DNA of 64,000 nucleotides from Synechococcus sp. (GTDB taxonomy: Bacteria; Cyanobacteriota; Cyanobacteriia; PCC-6307; Cyanobiaceae), in contig JBJBEO010000001.1 of the NCBI GenBank assembly GCA_047284725.1, forward strand, positions 1,016,203-1,080,202. Direction: 5' to 3'. This document shows, piece after piece, positions 36,218 to 45,758 of the stretch; the first letter of the stretch is position 1; every line of letters begins with the position of its first letter. The notes under the pieces were generated by a model. It ran no database searches, was not told where the DNA came from, and was given only the letters and a program-made list of their open reading frames with translations. The position numbers were made by a program, and so were the translations under genes.

Positions 36218-36985
36218 TTAATTGATCTGACTGAGAAAGCGCCGTGTTCGCTCTTCCCGGGCCTGCGTGAAGAACGTTTCCGGATCGGCGCTTTCAATCA
36301 CCCGTCCCCCGTCCATGAACAGGACGCGATCAGCGACATCGCGCGCAAACCCCAGTTCATGGGTGACGACAACCATGGTCATGCCCTGGCTGGCCAGAGT
36401 GCGCATCGCATCGAGCACTTCTTTGATCCGCTCCGGATCGAGAGCGCTGGTGGGCTCATCAAACAGCATCACCTCCGGCTTCAGCGCCAACGCGCGAGCG
36501 ATGGCGACTCGCTGTTGCTGGCCGCCGCTCAGTTGGGCAGGATATTTGTTGGCTTGCTCCGCAATTCCCATCTGCTCAAGCAACTGCAGGGCTCGCTCTT
36601 CCGCGAGCTCACGCTTCTGGTGCTGCACGCGCACCGGAGCCAGGGTGATGTTGTCGAGGATGGAGAGATGGGGAAACAGGTTGAACTGCTGAAACACCAT
36701 GCCCACGCGTTTACGGATCCGCTGAATTCGTCGCGGCTCAGCATCGCGATCGAGGCCGATGTCGAGCACGCGCAGCTCCCCTGAGTCGATGCTTTCCAAG
36801 CCATTGAAGGTGCGAATCAGCGTGCTTTTGCCAGAGCCGGATGGGCCCATCACCACCAGCACTTCACCATGGGCGACCTCCATGCAGACATCATCGAGAG
36901 CGCGGTGGCCAGCTCCGAAGGTCTTGCAAACGTGGCGGGCTTCGATGGCAGCGTGCATGGGATCGAACCGGGACGAGGAATGCAT
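36218..36985 (-). CDS. aapP: Polar amino-acid ABC transporter ATP-binding subunit
   Basis: GPSGSGKST, GMVFQQFNLFPH, LSGGQQQRVAIARAL, FDEPTSALDPE. Confidence 0.9.
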   Translation of the reverse strand: MHSSSRFDPMHAAIEARHVCKTFGAGHRALDDVCMEVAHGEVLVVMGPSGSGKSTLIRTFNGLESIDSGELRVLDIGLDRDAEPRRIQRIRKRVGMVFQQFNLFPHLSILDNITLAPVRVQHQKRELAEERALQLLEQMGIAEQANKYPAQLSGGQQQRVAIARALALKPEVMLFDEPTSALDPERIKEVLDAMRTLASQGMTMVVVTHELGFARDVADRVLFMDGGRVIESADPETFFTQAREERTRRFLSQIN

Positions 36986-38007
36986 CAGCGGGTATGGCCA
37001 CCGAGAGGAGGTCCGCTCAGCTCAAGTTTGCGCGCCAGCAGGGCCATGGCAGTACAGAACAGCCAGTAGAGAGCGCCCAGCCAGACATACACCTCAAGGT
37101 GACGTCCGATGAATGCGGGGTTGGCCAGGAGACTGCGGCCGATTCCGAGAAGCTCAACCAGGCCGAGAAGAGCCATCAGGCTGGTGTTCTGCAGCAACCC
37201 GATCGCCTGGTTTGTGAGGGCTGGAATGGCGATGCGCATGGTCTGGGGCAAAATCACCAGCTGCAAACTCTGCAAGGGTGAGAGACCAAGCGCTGCTGCC
37301 GCCTCAGTCTGGGTGGCGGGGATGGCCTGAAGTCCGCCGCGCACATCTTCGGCGACGTAGGCCGCTGCAAAGAGAGCAAAGGCGACAATGGCCCGCAGCA
37401 CCCTGTTGATTTCAAGCTCCACCGGCAGGAACAGGGGAATGAGGAGCTGGCCGAAGAACAGCACAGCAATGAGGGGAACCGCTCGCATCAGGTCGATGTA
37501 GAGCCTGCTGAAACTGCGGATCACCGGGAGTTCACTGCGCCGACCGAGCGCCAGCAGAATGCCGATCGGCAGGGCCAGGGCCCCACTGCAGGTCGTGAGC
37601 AGAAGGGTGAGGCTGAGTCCACCCCAGGCACGGCTGGGCACTGCAGTGAGGCCTAGGACACCTGCGAGCAGACCAACACCCAGGGGAATCATCATGATCC
37701 AGCACCAGGGCAGGATCAGCCGAAACCAGCGCACGGGTCTGCCGGTGGTGGGCAGGAACAGCGTGGCGACGGCGCACAGAATCAGTGCGATGAACCACAC
37801 CATCGGCCGCCAGCGTTCTGGCGCGGGATAACTGCCTGCGGCGAAGAGGGGGAGATTGCTGTGCACCACCGACCAGTCGGCTGCGCTGAACACCCAAACG
37901 CCACTCGCCCAAACGGCCCAGCCGATCAACCCGATCACCATCAGGCTTGCAACGCTGTCGATCGGATGGCGCCGGCAATGACGTCGGAGCGAAGTCCAGA
38001 GGTTCAT
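36985..38007 (-). CDS. aapM: Polar amino-acid ABC transporter permease (AapM/NatH-like)
   Basis: WGGLSLTL, LALGRRS, RAVPLI, AAYVAEDVRGGLQAIP. Confidence 0.85.
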   Translation of the reverse strand: MNLWTSLRRHCRRHPIDSVASLMVIGLIGWAVWASGVWVFSAADWSVVHSNLPLFAAGSYPAPERWRPMVWFIALILCAVATLFLPTTGRPVRWFRLILPWCWIMMIPLGVGLLAGVLGLTAVPSRAWGGLSLTLLLTTCSGALALPIGILLALGRRSELPVIRSFSRLYIDLMRAVPLIAVLFFGQLLIPLFLPVELEINRVLRAIVAFALFAAAYVAEDVRGGLQAIPATQTEAAAALGLSPLQSLQLVILPQTMRIAIPALTNQAIGLLQNTSLMALLGLVELLGIGRSLLANPAFIGRHLEVYVWLGALYWLFCTAMALLARKLELSGPPLGGHTR

Positions 38008-38513
38008 CAGGCGGAGGGAGGTGCCGAGGCATCAGCTCGAAACAGATTGAGTGCTGTCATGAACAAGCCCACGCCGAACAGGGTGCCGAGAGCCCAGACA
38101 CTGTCACTGGGCCATTCGAGCAACAGAAAAAGGCCCAGAACAGACGTGATCAGACCGTCCACAATCACAATGCCGCCGGTTTGCTTGCCCGCACTGGCCC
38201 CCGCCGCCAGCTCCATCACGCCATTCACCAGCAGCAGCACGCCGGCAAACAGCGTCAGGCTCACCTCACTGTCGATCGGGTCCACCAGGACCCAAAGGGC
38301 TGCAGAGCAATAGAGAATTCCCGACAATGCCAGGAAGACTTTGGCGGTCATGCCATCAGGTCCCCCCAGGCGAAGCAGCTGACCGATGCCGGCAGCGAAT
38401 GCGATCCCGCCAAGGCCCACGGTGAGCAGCGTGGCCGAAAGAAACGGCAGCACGATCGCTGCAATGGCGGCAAGGGTGAGCAGGATCGCTGCCATCGTGG
38501 ATTTGGCTGGCAT
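38007..38513 (-). CDS. HdeD / DUF308-family membrane protein
   Basis: Six short TM helices; WPSDSVWALGTLFGVGLFMTA C-terminus typical of HdeD. Confidence 0.8.
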   Translation of the reverse strand: MPAKSTMAAILLTLAAIAAIVLPFLSATLLTVGLGGIAFAAGIGQLLRLGGPDGMTAKVFLALSGILYCSAALWVLVDPIDSEVSLTLFAGVLLLVNGVMELAAGASAGKQTGGIVIVDGLITSVLGLFLLLEWPSDSVWALGTLFGVGLFMTALNLFRADASAPPSA

Positions 38514-38537
38514 GGTGGCGTTGGATGTGTGAGGAGT

Positions 38538-39443
38538 TTAAGAACGCTGTCCACGCTGAATGATGGTTCTGTTCAACAGCTGCATGCCGGCATTGATGAT
38601 CAGATTGAGCAGAAGAAAGCTGAGCAGAAGCAACAGAAACCCTTCAATGGCCCGACCGGTTTGGGTGATGGTTGTGTCACTCACTGCATAGAGGTCTGCG
38701 TAGCCAACGGCAATGGCCAGGGTGCTGTTCTTGGCGAGGTTGAGGTACTGACTGCTGAGGCCGGGGATGATCGCTGGCAAGGCCTGGGGGAGCACAACGC
38801 GCCGTAACCCCATCCCTTCGCCCAGCCCCAGGCTTCGAAACGCTTCCCATTGGCCGCGGGGCACGGCATCGAGCCCTCCTCGAACGACTTCGGCGATGGA
38901 CGCTCCGGTGAACACACTCAACCCGAGCAGAACGGCGGTGAATTCAACGCTGAGGTGCACCCCCAGCACGGCGATGCCCTGATTGGTGAAACTGAGCAAT
39001 GATCCGAGAGGTGAGGGACTGCGCTGCGGCAGGCCAAGCAGGGCCACGAAATACCAGAACAGCAGTTGCAGCAGCAGTGGGATCTGCCTCACCAGGCCCA
39101 CATACAGAGCAGAGACTCCGCGTAGGAAGGGATTGACACTGCGTCGGGCAGCCCCCGCCAGCACACCGAGCACCGTGGCTGTGATCAGCCCCGCAATGAT
39201 CACCTTGAGGCTGTTCAGCCAACCGATCAACAGTGCCCAGGCGTAGCTGTCGGAGGGCTGGTACGGAAGGCTCGATTCAGCCAGGGCAAATCCAGCCGGT
39301 CGGCCCAGCCACTCAAAGCTCAATCCCAGGCCGGTGCGGATCAGATTCACGGCCAGGTTGTTCACCACAATCGCGCTCACGGTGAGCAATAGCGCCACAA
39401 CTCCGAGTTGGGCAACCAGCCGTTTCGTTGACCGTGGCATCAT
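38538..39443 (-). CDS. aapQ: Polar amino-acid ABC transporter permease (AapQ/NatG-like)
   Basis: RQIPLLLQLLFWY, IAEVVRGG, GQWEA, YLNLAKNSTLAIAVGYADL. Confidence 0.85.
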   Translation of the reverse strand: MMPRSTKRLVAQLGVVALLLTVSAIVVNNLAVNLIRTGLGLSFEWLGRPAGFALAESSLPYQPSDSYAWALLIGWLNSLKVIIAGLITATVLGVLAGAARRSVNPFLRGVSALYVGLVRQIPLLLQLLFWYFVALLGLPQRSPSPLGSLLSFTNQGIAVLGVHLSVEFTAVLLGLSVFTGASIAEVVRGGLDAVPRGQWEAFRSLGLGEGMGLRRVVLPQALPAIIPGLSSQYLNLAKNSTLAIAVGYADLYAVSDTTITQTGRAIEGFLLLLLSFLLLNLIINAGMQLLNRTIIQRGQRS

Positions 39444-39451
39444 AGTTCAGC

Positions 39452-40510
39452 TCACTGAAAGGGAGGCGCGGTCATGGCTCCTCCATCGCGATAGAGCTGA
39501 TTCATGCCCCTGGGGATTGGCACGGCACTGGTGGGACCGAGGTGGCGGTCATAGATCTCTCCGTAGTGGCCCGTGGCTTCGATGGCTCGCACCACAAAAT
39601 CATTGGCGAGGCCCAGTTTTTTGCCCAGTTCGCCTTCCACTCCTAGAAAACGACGTCGCTGTGTCAGTTCCGGCTGGGCTTTCGCTTCGGCCAGCTTGTC
39701 ACGCACATTGGCTTGCGTGATGCCGAGTTCTTCGGCGGTGATCAGGGCATAAACGACCCAGCGCATGGCATCGCCGAGCTGTTGATCCCCTCCCACAGAC
39801 AACGGCGCCAGGGGTTCTTTGCTCAGTACGCCTTCGAGAATGCGGTGCTGCTTGGGATTGTCGAAGCCTGAACGGGCTGCAGCCAGTTGGGAGCGGTCGG
39901 ACGTCATGGCGGCGCAGCGGCCCTGGAGATAACCCGCCACCACTTGATTGAGGTCCTGGTATTTGATCGGTTGATAGGGGATGCCTTGGCTTTCAAAGGC
40001 GTCGTTGAGGTTTTGCTCGGTGGTGGTGCCAGAGCCGACGCAAATGCTTTGACCGCTCAGGTCGGCGAGGGATCGGATGCCGCTGCTGGCCTTCACCATC
40101 AGCCCTTGACCGTCGTGGAACACCACTGGCGCGAAACTGACGCCGTTTCCACCTCCGGCATCACGACTGAGGTTGTTGGTGGTGTTGCGCGACAGCAAAT
40201 CGATTTCACCGGTGCGCAGAGCGGTAAAGCGTTCAGGCGCCGTCAAAGGGCGGTACTCAATGGCCTTGGCATCACCGACAAACGCTGCCGCGAAGGCTTT
40301 GCAGAGATCCACATCCAGCCCGGAATAAGTGCCATCAGCGCTGAGAAAGCTGAAACCAGGAATCTTGCCGCTGACGCCACAGCGCAGGCTCTGGCGTTGC
40401 TGGATCAGACCAAGGCGGGAGGCACCCCCATCTCCGAGGGATGCACATGACTGCAGCAGCAAGGTTCCTGCTGCAAGCAATCCACCAAGGATGCGGAGCT
40501 GCATGGTCAT
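39452..40510 (-). CDS. aapJ: Amino-acid ABC transporter substrate-binding lipoprotein (AapJ/NatF-like)
   Basis: Lipobox LLQSC; ERFTALRTGEIDLLSRNTT, DGQG, GTTTEQN, SKEPL. Confidence 0.9.
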   Translation of the reverse strand: MTMQLRILGGLLAAGTLLLQSCASLGDGGASRLGLIQQRQSLRCGVSGKIPGFSFLSADGTYSGLDVDLCKAFAAAFVGDAKAIEYRPLTAPERFTALRTGEIDLLSRNTTNNLSRDAGGGNGVSFAPVVFHDGQGLMVKASSGIRSLADLSGQSICVGSGTTTEQNLNDAFESQGIPYQPIKYQDLNQVVAGYLQGRCAAMTSDRSQLAAARSGFDNPKQHRILEGVLSKEPLAPLSVGGDQQLGDAMRWVVYALITAEELGITQANVRDKLAEAKAQPELTQRRRFLGVEGELGKKLGLANDFVVRAIEATGHYGEIYDRHLGPTSAVPIPRGMNQLYRDGGAMTAPPFQ

Positions 40511-40617
40511 CTGTCGTTCCCCCAAGTGTCTCAAACCTTCGCGAACAAGACCTTCGGCAATGGATGGCTGGATCCGTGCACTGTCCTTAGGTTGGCCATG
40601 GCCGTTGAGCTGAAGAG

Positions 40618-40968
40618 ATGAATGGATGCCGTTGGATCGCCTTGTCCGCATCCCTCACCGCGTCATTGGCCGTTTCAGCAATGGCCTTGCCAGCTCCGCT
40701 CGTTGCAGCTCCCCAAGCCAACGAGGTAGAGGCCATGAGGCGGATCTACAACAACAAAATGGCGTTGATTGGAATCCTCCGAGAGAGTGCGAGGCAACGG
40801 GCGATGGCAGAGGGAGACCTGCAGACCCTTTGCTTGATTCTGGGGATTGGGCTTGATGTGACCGATCGATACCTCGATCAAGTTCCCGGCAATGCCGCTC
40901 TCAACACCCGTCGCCGTCTGATGGTCAAGGATCTGGAAACCTGCCGGAGGGGTTTGGAGGCAGGCTGA
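40618..40968 (+). CDS. Hypothetical exported protein
   Basis: N-terminal signal-like segment followed by a helical domain. Confidence 0.55.
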   Translation: MNGCRWIALSASLTASLAVSAMALPAPLVAAPQANEVEAMRRIYNNKMALIGILRESARQRAMAEGDLQTLCLILGIGLDVTDRYLDQVPGNAALNTRRRLMVKDLETCRRGLEAG

Positions 40969-40993
40969 CCACCCGTTGACGCAGGCCAGGGAC

Positions 40994-42574
40994 TCAGCCG
41001 TGGGCAGCGTCGGGTTGGGTGCCGATGCGCTCGAGCAAGTTGTGACTCTCATGATTGAGCCCCTCGACGGTGACTGATGAGCCGCCCCGTTCCAGTTTGC
41101 GGGTGAGCTGATTGAGTGCGGCGACGCCGGTTTGATCCCAGATGTGCACCGCGCTCAGGTCGATCGTGACGCGGGCGGGGTGGTCGTGGACATCGAAACC
41201 CTGCAGGAAATACACCTTGCTCACGAAGAACAGCTGGCCGGTGACGACGTAGCGCCGGTGGTCCGGGCCCACGTCTTCCGCTTCCACCCGGATCACCTTG
41301 GCAACCTTGCGGCTGAAAAGCAGTGCTGCAAGGGCCACACCAGCCAGCACACCCAGTGCCAGGTTGTGGGGTGTGGTGAGCATGGTGACGGCGAAGGTCA
41401 TCAGCATCACGGCAGTGTCGCTCTTGGGGATTCTGGCGATCGCCCGCAGGCCGTTGAGATCGGCCGTGCTCACGGCAATGCTGATCATGACCGCCACCAG
41501 AGCAGCCATCGGGATCTGCTGGACCCATCCGCGTGCCAGCAGAATCATGGCCATCAGGCTGACGCCAGAGAACAGGGTGGAAAAGCGACCGCGCCCGCCG
41601 TTGTCGATGTTCATCACTGATTGCCCCACTAGGGCACATCCGGCCATTCCGCCGAAGAATGAAGACACGAGATTGGCGATTCCCTGACCGCGGGCTTCGG
41701 TGTTTTTGTTCGTTGTGCTGTCTGTTTTGTCGTCGAGGATGTCCTGGGTGAGAAAGGTTTCCATCAGGCCCACCAGGGAGATGGATAGAGCCGTCGGCAA
41801 CACGATTCCGAAGGTTTCAAGACTGAAGGGAACCTTGCCGTCGGCGAGGGAGCCGAAGGGCATCGTGGGAACGGGCAGCTGGCTCGGCAGTTCTCCCAGG
41901 CTTTTCACCGTGGGAATCTCCAGCCCGAGATTGACGCTGATCAGCGTCAGCACAACGATGGCCACCAGCTGCGAAGGGATCACGCGGGTGACCCTGGGCA
42001 GTGCGTAGATGATCACCAATCCGAGCAGCACCAGCAGCCACACCACCGGCATCTGAGCCGCAGGCAGGATGGTCTGCGCATCGTGGGCCGCCTTCTCCCC
42101 GAAGTGGAGGTTGATGCCGAGATTGGGAAGCTGCGCCTGGAAGATCAGCAGCGCCAGGGCATTCACGAATCCGCTGAGAACCCCCTGCGGCACGAAGCGC
42201 ATCTGATGGGCGAGGCGCAGATACCCCCAGAGGATCTGAAACACACCGGTCAGAACACCGGCAACGAGCAGATACTGCAGACCGAGACCGCTCACCCCCA
42301 GTTCACTGGAACGGGCATCTCCGAAGGCAACAATTCCCGTCATCAATAGGGCTGTCGAGCCTGTTGCCGACGTGATCATGGCGCTGCGGCCACCCACGAA
42401 CGCGATCGTGATCGAAAGGCAGAAGGCACCGAAGAGACCCACCTGAGGGTCCACTCCCGCGATCCCGGAGAAGGCGATCGCCTCCGGGATCATCGCGAAG
42501 GCCACCACCAGTCCGGACAACATTTCCTTGACCGGATTGTTAAACCACTGCCGCATCGGCTCACGGGCTGTCAT
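40994..42574 (-). CDS. SulP-family inorganic anion transporter with STAS domain
   Basis: [31 protein letters not shown]-terminal STAS (TGQLFF...IWDQTG). Confidence 0.92.
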   Translation of the reverse strand: MTAREPMRQWFNNPVKEMLSGLVVAFAMIPEAIAFSGIAGVDPQVGLFGAFCLSITIAFVGGRSAMITSATGSTALLMTGIVAFGDARSSELGVSGLGLQYLLVAGVLTGVFQILWGYLRLAHQMRFVPQGVLSGFVNALALLIFQAQLPNLGINLHFGEKAAHDAQTILPAAQMPVVWLLVLLGLVIIYALPRVTRVIPSQLVAIVVLTLISVNLGLEIPTVKSLGELPSQLPVPTMPFGSLADGKVPFSLETFGIVLPTALSISLVGLMETFLTQDILDDKTDSTTNKNTEARGQGIANLVSSFFGGMAGCALVGQSVMNIDNGGRGRFSTLFSGVSLMAMILLARGWVQQIPMAALVAVMISIAVSTADLNGLRAIARIPKSDTAVMLMTFAVTMLTTPHNLALGVLAGVALAALLFSRKVAKVIRVEAEDVGPDHRRYVVTGQLFFVSKVYFLQGFDVHDHPARVTIDLSAVHIWDQTGVAALNQLTRKLERGGSSVTVEGLNHESHNLLERIGTQPDAAHG

Positions 42575-42634
42575 GGGGCGACCGTATCCCACTGCCCTGA
42601 CGATGGCGATGACGGCGTTGGTAGGAGGGATGCA

Positions 42635-43903
42635 TCAGAGGGAGGGGAGTCGTCCTTCCGGATCCAGCTCACGTTTGAGCTTGCGCAAGAACGGCAGCTG
42701 ATGGCCGAATGCTCCCTCCAGCGTTCGCTGGTGCCAGGGCAGGTGATCATGCAGCTGGGCCAGATGCACACCTGGGCAGTGCGGTTGGAGAAGGCCCCAC
42801 ACCTGCGCAAGCCATGCCAGGGACCGCACGCGGCCTTGCCGATCACCCGCTCGCCAGGCGGCCGTGATCCAGGGTTTCCATTCGGCCTGACGATGGATGA
42901 AGGCACTCTGGTTGGGCGCATGTCGGGCCACCGCCCCCCCCAGCTGCTGACTGGCGATGCTGCAACGGGGGTGGGGACGGCATGCCATGGCCTCAGCCAA
43001 GGCCTGGATCAAGGCTGTGGTGGCCTCACCCCAGCGGGGGCCCAGCACTCCCAGCACTTCCTGGTGGGGTGGTTCCTGCGGCCGTGGGTCCGTCGCCAAG
43101 GCCCCGAATGCCGGCAACCCATGCAGACCTTTGAGGGCGGTGCGGTGCCTGGCCGGGAGCTTGAACTCGCAGCTGAGTTGATCCAGTTGCGCCTGGCTGT
43201 GGGGATCATCGGCTCTGCTCACCAGCATCACTTCCCGTTCGCGTCCCCAGCACCATTGCAAACTCAGACCTTCCGGGAAGTGTTCAGCCTCCTGGATCAG
43301 CGTGGCCAGCTCGTCTGTGCTGAGACACCCCTGTTGCACGATCAGCGGCAGCAATGGGGTGGTGTTGAGTTCAAAGCTTTCCACCGCAGCCAGAAACAGA
43401 CCGGCTCCAAGCAGCCCCCTCCAGCCTGTATGGGCCGCTGCGCCAGGGTGGTCTCGACCGGTCGGTCTCTCCAGGCTGAACCGTGTGCCGTTGCCCCAGA
43501 GGCCTGTGACGGCCTGAAGGTGATCCATGGCCAGCCCCAGGCTTCGGCTGAGGGGCCCCATCCCTCCGCTGAGCAGAAACCCCGCCCCTGGCAGGCCGGA
43601 CAGGCCGGTGGGGATCATGCGGTGGCTCTTAGCCAGTTCGGCCTGGATCTCTCCCATCGTGAGCCCAGCGCCAAGACGAACCCGACTGCGGTCGGCATTG
43701 AGATGGATCGCCCGGTGCTCCAGGCTCAGATCAACGGTCCAGTGCTGATCAGCCGCGCAGCGGCTGGTGGTGCCTCCGCTGCAGATGCGCAGGGGAGACG
43801 ACTTGTCCTGCAGCGTCAGCAGTGCTTCGAGCTCTGCCGATGACGGGGTGATCACCCCAAGGCTCTGGCATCCAGCAGCAATGGCGTTATGGACTGGCGC
43901 CAA
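42635..43903 (-). CDS. FAD-binding oxidoreductase (VAO/PCMH family)
   Basis: SGG loop, [39 protein letters not shown]. Confidence 0.8.
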   Translation of the reverse strand: MAPVHNAIAAGCQSLGVITPSSAELEALLTLQDKSSPLRICSGGTTSRCAADQHWTVDLSLEHRAIHLNADRSRVRLGAGLTMGEIQAELAKSHRMIPTGLSGLPGAGFLLSGGMGPLSRSLGLAMDHLQAVTGLWGNGTRFSLERPTGRDHPGAAAHTGWRGLLGAGLFLAAVESFELNTTPLLPLIVQQGCLSTDELATLIQEAEHFPEGLSLQWCWGREREVMLVSRADDPHSQAQLDQLSCEFKLPARHRTALKGLHGLPAFGALATDPRPQEPPHQEVLGVLGPRWGEATTALIQALAEAMACRPHPRCSIASQQLGGAVARHAPNQSAFIHRQAEWKPWITAAWRAGDRQGRVRSLAWLAQVWGLLQPHCPGVHLAQLHDHLPWHQRTLEGAFGHQLPFLRKLKRELDPEGRLPSL

Positions 43904-43974
43904 CGGCGGGAGGACCTCTCCTTTGGATCATGGCGACATGGCGGCGATAGGGTCAGCTCAGGCGACTAATCACT

Positions 43975-45093
43975 GTGACGGCGGGTCTTTCGAAGCTCAA
44001 GGCAGAGGGGGTGGGGGTCTTGATCTGTGGTCATGGCAGCCGTAATCGACTCGCGGTGGAGGAGTTCGCTCGTCTGGTGGAGGGACTGCGCCCTCGGATG
44101 GGGGGGCTGCCGGTGGAGCATGGCTACCTGGAATTCGCCCAGCCAATCCTGCGCGATTCGCTCGATCGCCTGCGCGCCCAGGGCGTGCAGCGTGTGCTGG
44201 CGGTGCCGGCCATGTTGTTTGCTGCTGGTCACGCCAAAAACGACATCCCTTCAGTCCTGAACACCTACAGCGCTGAAACGGGTCTGTCGATTGAGTACGG
44301 TCGAGAACTGGGGGTGGATCGCCTGATGATCGGTGCCGCAGGTGCCCGCATCCGGAAGGCACTTGAGCAGTCATCACACGACGTGCCCCTGTCGGAAACC
44401 CTTCTGGTGGTTGTGGGTCGAGGCTCTTCAGATCCCGATGCCAACTCCAACGTGGCGAAGGTGACCCGGATGCTGGTGGAGGGGTTTGGTTTCGGCTGGG
44501 GTGAAACGGTCTATTCCGGCGTGACGTTTCCCCTGGTGGAGCCCGGTCTGCGGCACGTCGTACGACTTGGCTTCAAACGCATCGTCGTCTTTCCTTACTT
44601 TCTCTTCTCTGGGGTTCTGGTGAGCAGGATCCGTCAGCACACCGAGCTGGTGGCCGCAGATCATTCGGATGTGGAGTTCGTGTCGGCGCAGTATCTAGGA
44701 GATCACCCCCTGGTGCTCGACACCTTTGTGGAACGGGTGCAGGAAGTCGTCGGAGGAGAAACGGCGATGAACTGCTCGCTTTGCAAGTACCGCGCTCAGG
44801 TGCTCGGTTTTGAAGATGAGGTGGGGTTGGCTCAGGAGAGCCACCATCACCACGTGGAGGGGCTGACCGATGGCTGCGATCTCTGCGAGCGCGAGTGCAC
44901 CGGTGCCTGCCAACCGGATGGCATTCCCATCCCTCTGGGCGATCACCACCACGGCCACGAACAGCACGGGAATCGCCATGACCACAGCCATGAGCACCAC
45001 CACCACCCCTACCCGCACGCTGATCATCCGTTAGGTCCGGACACCCTTCGCAAAACAGCGCAACAAGATGAAGGACCTTCAACGCAAACCTGA
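43975..45093 (+). CDS. cbiX: Sirohydrochlorin cobaltochelatase CbiX (long form, Cys/His-rich tail)
   Basis: CGHGSR, GYLEF, AAGHAKNDIP, GRGSSDPDAN, PYFLFSG, MNCSLCKYR, poly-His tail. Confidence 0.92.
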   Translation: MTAGLSKLKAEGVGVLICGHGSRNRLAVEEFARLVEGLRPRMGGLPVEHGYLEFAQPILRDSLDRLRAQGVQRVLAVPAMLFAAGHAKNDIPSVLNTYSAETGLSIEYGRELGVDRLMIGAAGARIRKALEQSSHDVPLSETLLVVVGRGSSDPDANSNVAKVTRMLVEGFGFGWGETVYSGVTFPLVEPGLRHVVRLGFKRIVVFPYFLFSGVLVSRIRQHTELVAADHSDVEFVSAQYLGDHPLVLDTFVERVQEVVGGETAMNCSLCKYRAQVLGFEDEVGLAQESHHHHVEGLTDGCDLCERECTGACQPDGIPIPLGDHHHGHEQHGNRHDHSHEHHHHPYPHADHPLGPDTLRKTAQQDEGPSTQT

Positions 45094-45204
45094 AGAGATT
45101 GCGTCGAAACCAGCCCCCTCAAAAATCTCATTCTCGACCTGGACTCGAGAGACCAGGCAAGATAAGCAAGGCTTATCAGGCCACCGAGTGGGTTGATTTG
45201 GTGC

Positions 45205-45236
45205 CGTTTTCCACAGGCTTTGCGTCGTTTTCCACG
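45205..45236 (+). promoter_or_regulatory. Pair of DnaA-box-like sites
   Basis: TTTTCCACA (45207-45215) and TTTTCCACG (45228-45236), spaced 21 bp. Confidence 0.45.
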
Positions 45237-45443
45237 GGGGCTCTCCGTGGCGCAAGGGTGCTGGGGATTGTGTCTGATTTTCAGGGGTGTATCAGTGCCT
45301 TCTTGACAGGAGGTCGTGAAGTTGTCCTTGTCAGTCTTTCTGCGGTGACTTCGCGTTGGAATCTCTTGCACTGGCGTGAGTCTTGATTGAGATTGTTTGC
45401 GGTGGGGCTGGCTCGTTCCGGCTTTGACGCGGTCCCCTCAACG

Positions 45444-45758
45444 ATGGATTCTTGTCGGACAGACGGATCACAAGAGGCTTTGTTGGATCGCAATCAACTG
45501 GAACGGTGTGTGGAGGTTTCGGAGGAGTGTTCTCCTCTCGAGAGCGATGCTGCTTCCACGACGTACGTCAGCCTGGAAGCTGAAATCCCTGAGGTGCTGT
45601 ATCGCGGCATGAAGGATTTCATCGGCAGCAACGCCCATTGGGATCAATACCGGGTGATGAGTTCAGCTCTGGCGAACTTTCTGTTTCAGAACGGTTGCGG
45701 TGATCGTGCGGTGACCGAGCGTTATCTCGACGATCTGTTCAGCCGTTCCCAGCCCTGA
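45444..45758 (+). CDS. DUF2811 family protein
   Basis: YVSLEAEIPEVLYRGMKDFI...WDQYRVMSSALANFLFQNG. Confidence 0.85.
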   Translation: MDSCRTDGSQEALLDRNQLERCVEVSEECSPLESDAASTTYVSLEAEIPEVLYRGMKDFIGSNAHWDQYRVMSSALANFLFQNGCGDRAVTERYLDDLFSRSQP

